Positions 9,377-17,534 of a DNA stretch of 64,000 nucleotides are shown piece by piece. The notes under the pieces were generated by a model that was given only the letters and a program-made list of their open reading frames with translations, was not told the DNA's origin and did no database searches. The stretch is from Christensenellales bacterium (GTDB lineage: Bacteria > Bacillota > Clostridia > Christensenellales > JBMNTT01). How positions within the stretch are numbered: the stretch's first letter is position 1; each line of letters opens with the position of its first letter. A program made the position numbers and the translations under genes. Where the stretch lies: assembly GCA_050945875.1 (NCBI GenBank), contig JBMNTT010000001.1, forward strand, positions 28,580 to 92,579. The letters run 5' to 3'.

Positions 9377-9460
9377 AAAGGAAGCGACGATCGCTTTTTT
9401 GGTGAATGAGGCGATGGGTTCCTCCCCCTCTCCGTAGATTCAATGCCGCCCTGGCGGGGT

Positions 9461-11224
9461 TTATACCTCGGGAAAGAGCATCTCCTCCACGAACAGGTTC
9501 TGAAAGTCCCGCTCGGTGGACAGCTCCACATACGCCGCCCGCGCCGCCGCCTGCGAGGCCCGCGCCGCCGCCTCCCGGCCGCACAGGGCCATGCGCGCGC
9601 CCTGCCCGGCGGCGTTGCCGACGGGGACAATGCGCCCCTTGAGCGCCGGGGGGATCAGGCCGATGTCGCAGGCGTGATCCGCGTCGATATAGTTGCCAAA
9701 TCCTCCCGCCAGGTACACCCTTCGAATGTCCGACACCTGAGCGCCGCGTTTTTTCAGCAGGGTGTGAATGCCCGCGGAGATGGCTCCCTTGGCCAGTTGA
9801 ACCTCCCGAATGTCCCGGCCGGTCAGGGCGATCTCGTCGGTCAGGCGCACCGCCTCCCGGCCGTCCACCTCGGCGCAGAGCTGCTCATGCCCGTCGAAGT
9901 CCAGCGAACCCATCTCATCGATCACCCCCAGCGCGCGCAGGGCGGCGATGGCGTCCACCAGGCCCGAGCCGCAGATGCCCTTGGGGGGGGCGCTGTCAAT
10001 GGTGTCGCAGATCAGCCGTCCGTCCGCCAGGCGCACCCGGCTGATCGCCCCGGCCACGCCGCCCATGCCATAGCGGATATGCGCCCCCTCAAAGGCCGGC
10101 CCGGCCGCCGCCGCGCACACCTGCGCCCCGTCCCGGTCGCCCAGGGCGATCTCTCCGTTGGTGCCGATGTCCAGCAGCAGGCTGAGCTGCTCGGCCCGGT
10201 CCATGTCGCAGGCCACCATGGCCGCCACGGTGTCCGCCCCCACATACCCCGCCACGCAGGGCAGCAGCACCGCCTCGCCCAGGGGGTTGATGTTCAGCCC
10301 CAACTGCTCGGCCGGCAGGGTCAGCGCCCGGGTGTACACCGGGGTGAAGGGCGAGCGGGCGATGCGGTCCACCGGCAGGCCCGCCAGCAGGTGCATCATC
10401 ACCGTGTTGCCCGCCAGGGCCACGCGGTAAATACACCCCCGGTCCGCGCCCAAGCGCGCCGAAAAATCCGCGAGCATGCAGCCCAGCTGCTCGCGGATCG
10501 CCCGGGTGAGCTCGCCGGGGCGCTCCTGATCGGCTTGGCAGCGGCTGATGACGTCCGCCCCAAAGCTCCTCTGGGCGTTGAGCGCGGAGTAGACCCCCAG
10601 GGTTTGCCCGCTGATCAAATCCATCAGGTAGCCCACCACCGTGGTGGTGCCGATGTCCACGGCCACGCCCAGGCAAGTCGTCTCCCGCGCCAGGGCCAGC
10701 AGGCGGTCCCCCGCCAGCAGCGCCTGCGCCCGCTGGCCGCACAGCGCCGGAAGGGACCGCAGCTGCGCCACGGACAGATCGACCTTCGCGCGGCCCAGCG
10801 CCCCGGCCAGTCGCTGATCATCCCCCCGGGGGTCCTCCAGGCTGGCCTCGGGCAGCACCAGTTCCTCTCGGCTGAAGGCGTCGCACACCACCGGGCCAAT
10901 GCCTTCGGTGAGGATCTTGGCCGATCCGCCTTCGTCCAGGTACACGATCAGATGTTGGGAGATCACCACGCCGCACGCCAGGCGATGGCCCTGATCCAGC
11001 TCGGCCTGGCTCAGGTTCCGGCGGTCGGCCTCGGTGACGGGCAGGGCCCGGCCGTCGCTCGCCGCCACCCGCACCCGGCATTTGCCGCAGGTGCCCTTGC
11101 CGCCGCAGGGAGCCGCGGGCGCGGCCCCGCCCCGGCGCAGCGCCTCGAGCAGGGTCTCCCCGCCCCGGGCGTCCACCGCGCGCACCCGCCCGCCGATGTG
11201 CACCGTCACCTGATAACCCTCCAT
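9461..11224 (-). CDS. Corrinoid activation/regeneration protein (RACo-type: N-terminal 2Fe-2S ferredoxin plus ASKHA ATPase domain)
   Basis: The ATG at 11224 lies 6 nt after GGGAGGG. The plant-type ferredoxin motif CGGKGTCGKCRV...LAC is followed by the ASKHA motifs VAVDIGTTTVVGY and LLLDIGTNGEIAL. Confidence 0.75.
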   Translation of the reverse strand: MEGYQVTVHIGGRVRAVDARGGETLLEALRRGGAAPAAPCGGKGTCGKCRVRVAASDGRALPVTEADRRNLSQAELDQGHRLACGVVISQHLIVYLDEGGSAKILTEGIGPVVCDAFSREELVLPEASLEDPRGDDQRLAGALGRAKVDLSVAQLRSLPALCGQRAQALLAGDRLLALARETTCLGVAVDIGTTTVVGYLMDLISGQTLGVYSALNAQRSFGADVISRCQADQERPGELTRAIREQLGCMLADFSARLGADRGCIYRVALAGNTVMMHLLAGLPVDRIARSPFTPVYTRALTLPAEQLGLNINPLGEAVLLPCVAGYVGADTVAAMVACDMDRAEQLSLLLDIGTNGEIALGDRDGAQVCAAAAGPAFEGAHIRYGMGGVAGAISRVRLADGRLICDTIDSAPPKGICGSGLVDAIAALRALGVIDEMGSLDFDGHEQLCAEVDGREAVRLTDEIALTGRDIREVQLAKGAISAGIHTLLKKRGAQVSDIRRVYLAGGFGNYIDADHACDIGLIPPALKGRIVPVGNAAGQGARMALCGREAAARASQAAARAAYVELSTERDFQNLFVEEMLFPEV

Positions 11225-11322
11225 CCGCGTCCCTCCCAACAAAATTCTCTGCCCACTAGTATACCAAATTTACGCCGAAGTGGCATCTATTTGGGCAAAA
11301 CGAAAAATTTTCATTCTACCCC

Positions 11323-11350
11323 TTGCAAAAATCCAGCAGTTTGGTATAAT
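11323..11350 (+). promoter_or_regulatory. Sigma-A type promoter for tRNA-Val
   Basis: TTGCAA (11323-11328) is separated by a 16-nt spacer from an extended -10, TGGTATAAT (TATAAT at 11345-11350). The tRNA starts 14 nt downstream. Confidence 0.6.
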
Positions 11351-11364
11351 AAAACTCGTCTCGC

Positions 11365-11441
11365 GGGGTTATAGCTCAGCTGGTTAGAGCGCTACGTTGA
11401 CATCGTAGAGGTCGATGGTTCGAGTCCATTTAACCCCACCA
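11365..11441 (+). tRNA. tRNA-Val (anticodon GAC), CCA encoded
   Basis: I folded the cloverleaf by hand. The acceptor stem is GGGGTTA/TAACCCC and the D arm is GCTC-AGCTGGTTA-GAGC. The anticodon stem CTACG/CGTAG carries the loop TTGACAT, the T arm is GATGG-TTCGAGT-CCATT, and the discriminator A is followed by CCA. Confidence 0.9.
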
Positions 11442-11452
11442 ACCTTCCTGAG

Positions 11453-11473
11453 GTGTGCGACACACTTTTATTT
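11453..11473 (+). terminator. Weak hairpin plus T-tract just after the tRNA
   Basis: GTGTG-cga-CACAC is followed by TTTTATTT. The stem is only 5 bp. Confidence 0.35.
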
Positions 11474-11661
11474 AAAACCTACAGTTCAATTTCGGGAATC
11501 GTCGTCTTGGCGACAATGTCACGCGTATGGCTTTCGGGCCAATCGTAGGCAGCGTCCGCGAGCGGATGCCCACCTGCCGGAGGCAGGTATTTAAATTGAA
11601 GTGACCGGCACCATGGGACAGTGGCCCCGTACCAAGCGGTACGGGGCCTTTACTGTTGAAC

Positions 11662-11694
11662 AAAAAGCGGCGGGGCTGTCGCCCCGTCGCTTTT
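11662..11694. terminator. Bidirectional intrinsic terminator (ends the minus-strand lipoprotein gene)
   Basis: The structure is AAAAA-GCGGCGGGGC-tgtc-GCCCCGTCGC-TTTT. Confidence 0.7.
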
Positions 11695-11707
11695 GGGATT
11701 GACCCCG

Positions 11708-12469
11708 TCAATCGTAGTTCTGCATCTCGATCTTGGTGACGCCCATCTCATCGAAGATGGTCAGCTTGAGGTACTTGCTGAACTCATCCTGGTAGGTGTA
11801 GGTGACATAGCCATGATCCTCGGAGGTGTACACATCCTTGGGCTCGCCGAAGGCGGCCTCCACCTGCTCCTTGGTGGAGCCCCAAGTGATGCCCCCAGCG
11901 ATGGTCATCTCCGGCACGCTGTCCAGCCGCTTAAACCCATAGGTGATCTCGCAGGCAAAACCCCACACCTCGCACTGCAGGATATCCTTGGCCTCATCGC
12001 CATGGTTGACAAAGCCCACGTTGACCCGCAGCTTCTCGCTGTAGTTGGGGTTGGTCAGCTCGATGGTGGAGGTCACCTTGTCGCCCTTATTCAGGATATA
12101 GCCGTCGGCGTGGCCGTAATCCGCCAGGTCGAAGGTCCATCCAGCAGCCTCGAGCTGCTCGTAGGGGAAGAAGATGGCATAGTTCTGCCCGTCGAAGGTA
12201 AACTGCTGGTCCGTCCACTCGGCGGAGAGCTCCCCGGCCGCAGTGGGCGCCTGGGAGGCGGCCGCGCTCTGGGTGGGCTCGGCGGTGGGCGTCGGGCTGG
12301 CCGTCGGCGTGGCCGTGGGCTCAGCGGTGGGCGTCGCGGTCGGCTCGGCCGTGGCTTCCGGCGAGGCGGCGGGCGTCTGCGTGGCCTCGGGCGCGCCGCT
12401 GCAAGCGGTCAACATCAGCGCCAGGGTCAGCGCCGCAGCGCCGAGGCGGGCTTTTTTTGTGCGTGTCAT
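11708..12469 (-). CDS. Lipoprotein with a Pro/Thr/Ala-rich linker
   Basis: The ATG is at 12469. The signal peptide and lipobox read MTRTKKARLGAAALTLALMLTAC|S. The repetitive linker is EATAEPTATPTAEPTATPTASPTPTAEPT, followed by a globular C-terminal domain. Confidence 0.75.
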   Translation of the reverse strand: MTRTKKARLGAAALTLALMLTACSGAPEATQTPAASPEATAEPTATPTAEPTATPTASPTPTAEPTQSAAASQAPTAAGELSAEWTDQQFTFDGQNYAIFFPYEQLEAAGWTFDLADYGHADGYILNKGDKVTSTIELTNPNYSEKLRVNVGFVNHGDEAKDILQCEVWGFACEITYGFKRLDSVPEMTIAGGITWGSTKEQVEAAFGEPKDVYTSEDHGYVTYTYQDEFSKYLKLTIFDEMGVTKIEMQNYD

Positions 12470-12547
12470 CGATGTATCCTCTCTTTCAAGAAAAATCGGC
12501 TCCAGCTTACCCGTTCCCAGCGGAGCTGTCAAGGGCGCTATCCCCCG

Positions 12548-13969
12548 CTATTGGAGCAAATCTACCAGGATTTCCCGGATCAGCCGGGGATTTCCCCGTC
12601 CGCCGGTTTTTTTCATCAACTGCCCGATCAGTGCCTGCAGGGCGGCGGTTTTGCCCGCCCGATAATCCTGCGCGCCGCCGGGGTTGGCGGCGATGACCGC
12701 TTCGGCCAGGGCTCGCAGGGTCTCGCGGTCGCTGATCTGCTCCCAGCCGCGCTGGCGGATCAGCGCCTCGGGGTCTTGATCCTGCGTTAAGAGCGCCTGC
12801 ACCAGCCTGCGCGCGGTGGCGCTGTTGATCCGCTCCCGGGCGGCCAGCTCGGCGACCTGGGCCACGTGGGCCGGGCTGACCGGGATGCGCGCGATGGGGT
12901 CGGGCAGCTGGGGCATAATCTGCCCGACGATCAGGTTGGCGATCAGGCCGGGATGGGCGCTGTCCCGGGCCGCGGCCTCAAAGAAATCCGCCACCTCCCT
13001 TCGCAGGGTCAGCTGCTCGGCGGTCGCCGCGGGCAGGCCGTAGCGGCGCTGATAGTCCGCCTGGCGCGCGTCAGGCAATACCGGGATGGTCTTTTCGATG
13101 GCCGCGACCATCTCCGGGGCGTAGGCGATGGGCGGCAGGTCGGGCTCGGGAAAGTAGCGGTAGTCGTCGGCGTTCTCCTTGCCGCGCAGGGGAAAGGTTT
13201 TGCCGGTCTGCTGGTCGAACCTGCGGGTCTGCTGCACGATGACCTCCCCCGCCTCGAGCGCCTGGGTCTGCCGGGCGTACTCCTGCTCGATGGCCCGGGT
13301 CACCGACTGGAAGGAGTTGAGGTTCTTCATCTCGGTGCGGATGCCCAACTGCGCGCTGCCCGCCGGGCGCACCGACAGGTTGACGTCGCAGCGCAGCGAG
13401 CCCTCGTTCATCCTGCAATCGGAGACGCCGGTATACAGGAGGATCGCCCGGAGCTTCTGCAGATAGGCCCGGGCCTCCTCAGCCGAGCGCAGGTCGGGCT
13501 CGGAGACGATCTCGATCAGCGGCACGCCGCAGCGGTTGCAGTCGATCAGGGTGCCCCTTCCCGGGTCGTGGATCAGCTTGCCCGCGTCCTCCTCGATGTG
13601 GATGCGGGTGATGCCCACCCGCTTGGGCCCCGCGGCGGTCTGCAGGGTCAGGTAGCCATCCCGGCAAAGGGGCAGGTCGTACTGGGAGATTTGGTAGGCC
13701 TTGGGCAGATCGGGGTAAAAATAATTCTTCCGGTCCATCTTGGAGGCGGAGGCGATGGTGCAGTGGGTGGCCAGGCCCGCGCGGATGGCGTGCTCCACTA
13801 CCTGGCGGTTGAGCACCGGCAGGGCGCCGGGCATGCCCATGCACACCGGGCAGCACTGGGTGTTGGGCGGCGCGCCAAAGGCGGTCGGGCAGCCGCAAAA
13901 GATCTTGCTGTCGGTTTTCAGCTCCACATGGACCTCCAGACCGATGACCATCTCATAGGCTTCACGCAT
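12548..13969 (-). CDS. gatB: Asp/Glu-tRNA amidotransferase subunit B
   Basis: The sequence MREAYEMVIGLEVHVELKTDSKIFCGC...NVNLSVR is a GatB signature. The start overlaps the gatA stop by 8 nt (ATGCGTGA). Confidence 0.93.
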   Translation of the reverse strand: MREAYEMVIGLEVHVELKTDSKIFCGCPTAFGAPPNTQCCPVCMGMPGALPVLNRQVVEHAIRAGLATHCTIASASKMDRKNYFYPDLPKAYQISQYDLPLCRDGYLTLQTAAGPKRVGITRIHIEEDAGKLIHDPGRGTLIDCNRCGVPLIEIVSEPDLRSAEEARAYLQKLRAILLYTGVSDCRMNEGSLRCDVNLSVRPAGSAQLGIRTEMKNLNSFQSVTRAIEQEYARQTQALEAGEVIVQQTRRFDQQTGKTFPLRGKENADDYRYFPEPDLPPIAYAPEMVAAIEKTIPVLPDARQADYQRRYGLPAATAEQLTLRREVADFFEAAARDSAHPGLIANLIVGQIMPQLPDPIARIPVSPAHVAQVAELAARERINSATARRLVQALLTQDQDPEALIRQRGWEQISDRETLRALAEAVIAANPGGAQDYRAGKTAALQALIGQLMKKTGGRGNPRLIREILVDLLQ

Positions 13970-15413
13970 GGGAACGCCCCCCTTTCCAGCTCTGCTCAAA
14001 GGCATATCCCGCCCGGTAGAGCAGCGCCTCGTCGAAGGGCTTGCCGATCAGCTGCATGCCGATGGGCAGGCCCTCCCGGTCGATCCCGCAGGGCAGGCTC
14101 AGCGCCGGCGCGCCCGCGATGTTGACCGGCACGGTGTACACATCCCCCAGGTACATCTGCACCGGGTCGTCCACCTTTTCCCCCAGGGCGTAGGCCGTGG
14201 TGGGGGCCACCGGCGCGAGGATGCAATCGTGCTCGGCCAGGACGCGGTCGAAATCCCGGCGCACCAGGGTGCGCACCTGAAGGGCTTTCTTGTAGTAGGC
14301 ATCGTAGTACCCGGCGCTGAGCACAAAGCTGCCCAGCAGGATGCGCCGCTGCGCCTCCGGACCAAAGCCCTGGCTGCGGCTGTCCAGGTAGAGCGCGTCA
14401 ATGTCCCGCGCGCCGGGGGCGCGGTGGCCGTAGCGCACGCCGTCAAAGCGCGCCAGGTTGCTGGAGGCCTCAGCCGAGGAGATGACATAGTAGGCGGGCA
14501 GGGCGTGCCTGAGGCTGGGCAGGCTGACCTGCTCCACCGTCGCGCCCAGGCGTTCATAGGTCGCGGCGGCCTGATGGACGGCCTGGGCGACGTCCGGGGC
14601 CAGGCCCTCGGAGAAGTATTCCTTTGGCAGGGCGATGCGCATCCCCCGCACCCCGCCCTCGATTTCCCGGGTGAAATCCGGCTGGCGGTGGTCCAGGCTG
14701 GTGGCGTCCTTGGGGTCCCGGCCCACCAGGCTGGAGAGCACCAGGGCGTTGTCGCGCACATCCCCGGTCACCGGGCCGATCTGGTCCAGGGACGAGGCGA
14801 AAGCGATCAGCCCGTACCGGGAGACCGCGCCGTAGGTGGGCTTCATGCCCACCACCCCGCAGAAGGCCGCGGGCTGACGGATCGATCCGCCGGTGTCCGA
14901 GCCCAGGGCGAAGGCCGCCTCCTGGGCGGCCACCGCCGCCGCGGCCCCGCCGGAGCTGCCCCCGGGCACCCGGGTGAGGTCGCAAGGGTTGCGGGTGGGG
15001 CCAAAGGCCGAGTTCTCGGTGGTGGAGCCCATGGCGAATTCGTCCATGTTGAGCTTGCCCAGCACCACCGCCCGATCCAGCCGGTCCATGACCGTTGCGC
15101 TGTAGGGCGGCACGAAGTTCGCCAGCATTTTGGAGGCGCAGGTGGTCTGCACGCCCTTTGTGCAGATGTTGTCCTTGACCCCCATGGGGATACCCGCCAG
15201 GGGCGGCAGCGCCTCCCCCGCCCGCCTCGCGCGGTCCACGGCCTCGGCCTGAGCGATGGCCCGCTCGCCGGTGACCCGGATATACGCGCCGACCTCGGGC
15301 TCCCGCTGGGCGATGCGCGCCAGGTAGGTCTCGGTGATCTGTCGGGCGGTCAGCGCGCCCTGCTCCATGGCCTGGCGCAGCTGCCAGACCGACTGTTCTA
15401 GAATGGGTTGCAT
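13962..15413 (-). CDS. gatA: Asp/Glu-tRNA amidotransferase subunit A
   Basis: The ATG at 15413 follows AGAGGAGG. The amidase signature is present: GIPMGVKDNICTKG...GGSSGGAAAAVA. Confidence 0.93.
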   Translation of the reverse strand: MQPILEQSVWQLRQAMEQGALTARQITETYLARIAQREPEVGAYIRVTGERAIAQAEAVDRARRAGEALPPLAGIPMGVKDNICTKGVQTTCASKMLANFVPPYSATVMDRLDRAVVLGKLNMDEFAMGSTTENSAFGPTRNPCDLTRVPGGSSGGAAAAVAAQEAAFALGSDTGGSIRQPAAFCGVVGMKPTYGAVSRYGLIAFASSLDQIGPVTGDVRDNALVLSSLVGRDPKDATSLDHRQPDFTREIEGGVRGMRIALPKEYFSEGLAPDVAQAVHQAAATYERLGATVEQVSLPSLRHALPAYYVISSAEASSNLARFDGVRYGHRAPGARDIDALYLDSRSQGFGPEAQRRILLGSFVLSAGYYDAYYKKALQVRTLVRRDFDRVLAEHDCILAPVAPTTAYALGEKVDDPVQMYLGDVYTVPVNIAGAPALSLPCGIDREGLPIGMQLIGKPFDEALLYRAGYAFEQSWKGGRSHA

Positions 15414-15427
15414 CGGTTTGCCTCCTC

Positions 15428-17503
15428 TCACTCCACGACCTGGGGCACCAGCAGGTACCCCTCCCGCCGCTGGGGCGCGTTTGCCAGCAGCGCCTCGCGG
15501 TCCATCCCGGGCCGGGCCTTATCCTCGCGCAGCACGTTCTGAAGGGGCGCCGCATAGACGGTCTCGGGCACCCCAGCGGTGTCGATTTGCGCCAGCTCGT
15601 CGGCGAAGGCGATGATGCCCCGCAGCTGCCCGGTCAACCGGTCCCGATCGGCGGGATCGATGCGCAGACGCGACAGGGCCGCCACCCGATCCAGGTCCAG
15701 GCGCGGGCGCTCGGGCCGCTGGGCCGGGGTCCGGGCAGCCGGCGCGCCCCCCGTTAAGCCCAGGGCGGCGAGCTGCTCGGCGTCCACCGGGCCAGGCGCG
15801 TCGGTCATCAGGCAGGCGGCCTCCTTGTTTTTGGGGAAGGCGATGACCTCCCGCAGGGATTCGGCCTGCAGCAGCTGCATTGCCAGCCGATCCAGGCCGA
15901 AGGCGAAGCCGCCGTGGGGCGGGGTGCCGTACTGGAAGGCGTTGACCATGAACCCAAAGCGCTCTTGAATCTGCTCCTCGTCGAAACCCAGGGCCTGGAA
16001 CATCGCCCGCTGCACCTGCTGGTCGTGGATGCGGATGCTGCCGCTGCCCAGCTCGACGCCGTTGAGCACCACGTCGAAGGCCTGGGCCCGCACCCGCGCC
16101 GGGTCGCTGAGCAGATAGGGCACATCCTCGGGGTAGGGCATGGTAAAGGGATGGTGGGTGGCCAAGAAGCGGCCCTCGCTCTGGCTCCACTCGAACTGAG
16201 GAAAGTCAGTGACAAGGACAAAGCGGAACTCCCCGCCCCGCCGCAGCCCCAGCAGCTCCGCCAGGTCCAGGCGCAGGCCGCCCAGGGTACGGAGGACCAC
16301 CTCCTGCTGGTCGGCGCAGAAGAGGATGAAATCCCCGGGCCGCCCGTCCACCGCTCTCATCAGCGCGTCCCACTGCGGCGGGGTGAAATACTTGGTCAGG
16401 ATGGAGTAGGGCTCCCCATCCTCCCGGATGGCGATCCAGGCCATGCCCTTGGCGCCGTAACCCAGGGCCTTGTCGGTCAGCGCCTCGATGACGCCGCGGG
16501 AGAAGCCCGCGCAGCCCTTGGCGTTGATGGCCCGCACCCTGCCGCCCTGCTCGACGGCCCGGCGGAACACCGAGAAGGCGCAATCCGCCATCAGCTCGGT
16601 CAGCTCGACGATGGGCAGCCCGAAGCGCAGGTCGGGCTTGTCACTGCCGTAGCGATCCATGGCCTCGCGCCAGGTCAGCCGGGGAAAGGGCTCGGCGATG
16701 GACCGGCCCATCATGCGCGCGAACAGATGCTTGAACAGGGCCTCCAGGTGGGTCAAAATATCCTCCTGGTCCACGAAGGACAGCTCCATGTCCACCTGGG
16801 TGAACTCGGGCTGGCGGTCGGCGCGCAGGTCCTCATCCCGGAAGCAGCGGGCAATCTGATAGTACCGGTCGACGCCGCCCACCATCAGCAGCTGCTTGAA
16901 GATCTGCGGGGACTGGGGCAGGGCGTAGAACGCCCCGGGGCGCGCCCGGCTGGGCACCAGATAATCCCGCGCGCCCTCGGGGGTAGACTTGGTCAGCATG
17001 GGGGTCTCCACCTCCAGGAAACCCGCCCGGTCGAGATAATCGCGCGCTTCCCGCGCCAGCTGGGCCCGAAAGCGCAGGTTGCGCTGCATCTGGGGCCGGC
17101 GCAGGTCCAAAAAGCGGTATTTGAGCCGCAGCTCCTCGCGCACGCCGCCGGCCTCCTCCAGGGGAAAGGGCAGTCTGGCCGCCTGGCTGAGCAGCGCCAC
17201 CTCGGCGGCCTCCAGCTCGATGGTGCCGGTTTTCAGGCGCGGGTTGTAGGTGTCCGCATCCCGGATGCGCAGGGTCCCTGTCGCGGCGAACACCGACTCC
17301 AGCCGTACCGACTCGGCCAGGGCGAACTGGTCGGCGGGCAGATTGCCCGCGTCCACCACCACCTGCAGCTCCCCTTCCCGGTCCCGCAGGTCCAGGAAGA
17401 TGACGCCGCCCATGTCCCGCTTATTGGCGACCCACCCCATCGCCGTGATCCTCCGGCCCACATCGGCCTCGGTCAGCGCCCCGCAATAGGCTGTCCGTTT
17501 CAT
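15428..17503 (-). CDS. aspS: Aspartate--tRNA ligase (bacterial type with GAD insertion) fused in frame to a C-terminal GatC domain
   Basis: The ATG is at 17503 (MKRTAYCGALTEADVGRRI...). The class II motifs are FRDEDLRADRQPEFTQVDMELSF and GGFAFGLDRL. The AspRS C-terminus ...FPKNKEAACLMTDAPGPVDAEQLAALGLT is followed by a linker, GGAPAARTPAQRPERPR. The linker is followed by a GatC-like ~90 aa segment running to ...LLVPQVVE and the stop at 15428. Confidence 0.85.
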   Translation of the reverse strand: MKRTAYCGALTEADVGRRITAMGWVANKRDMGGVIFLDLRDREGELQVVVDAGNLPADQFALAESVRLESVFAATGTLRIRDADTYNPRLKTGTIELEAAEVALLSQAARLPFPLEEAGGVREELRLKYRFLDLRRPQMQRNLRFRAQLAREARDYLDRAGFLEVETPMLTKSTPEGARDYLVPSRARPGAFYALPQSPQIFKQLLMVGGVDRYYQIARCFRDEDLRADRQPEFTQVDMELSFVDQEDILTHLEALFKHLFARMMGRSIAEPFPRLTWREAMDRYGSDKPDLRFGLPIVELTELMADCAFSVFRRAVEQGGRVRAINAKGCAGFSRGVIEALTDKALGYGAKGMAWIAIREDGEPYSILTKYFTPPQWDALMRAVDGRPGDFILFCADQQEVVLRTLGGLRLDLAELLGLRRGGEFRFVLVTDFPQFEWSQSEGRFLATHHPFTMPYPEDVPYLLSDPARVRAQAFDVVLNGVELGSGSIRIHDQQVQRAMFQALGFDEEQIQERFGFMVNAFQYGTPPHGGFAFGLDRLAMQLLQAESLREVIAFPKNKEAACLMTDAPGPVDAEQLAALGLTGGAPAARTPAQRPERPRLDLDRVAALSRLRIDPADRDRLTGQLRGIIAFADELAQIDTAGVPETVYAAPLQNVLREDKARPGMDREALLANAPQRREGYLLVPQVVE

Positions 17504-17534
17504 GCAATCCGCCTCCTCGTCTATTTTTTGGAAA

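Noticed and set aside
11365-11707. tRNA-Val as an integration site for a genomic island.
   Set aside because: There is no integrase or recombinase, no duplicated tRNA 3' segment anywhere I could see in the window, and housekeeping genes follow within 300 nt.
12240-12400. Repetitive DNA (ggc-gtc-ggN-type periodicity) that could be taken for a tandem-repeat element.
   Set aside because: It is the coding sequence, read in antisense, of the Pro/Thr/Ala-rich linker (TAEPTATPT repeats) of the lipoprotein. It is a low-complexity linker, not a mobile or regulatory repeat.
15653-15751. A separately initiated gatC gene inside the aspS reading frame.
   Set aside because: There is no stop codon ending aspS and no ATG. 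The only in-frame GTG has no SD and would clip the conserved GatC N-terminus. I therefore treated the region as a fusion and flagged it for verification.
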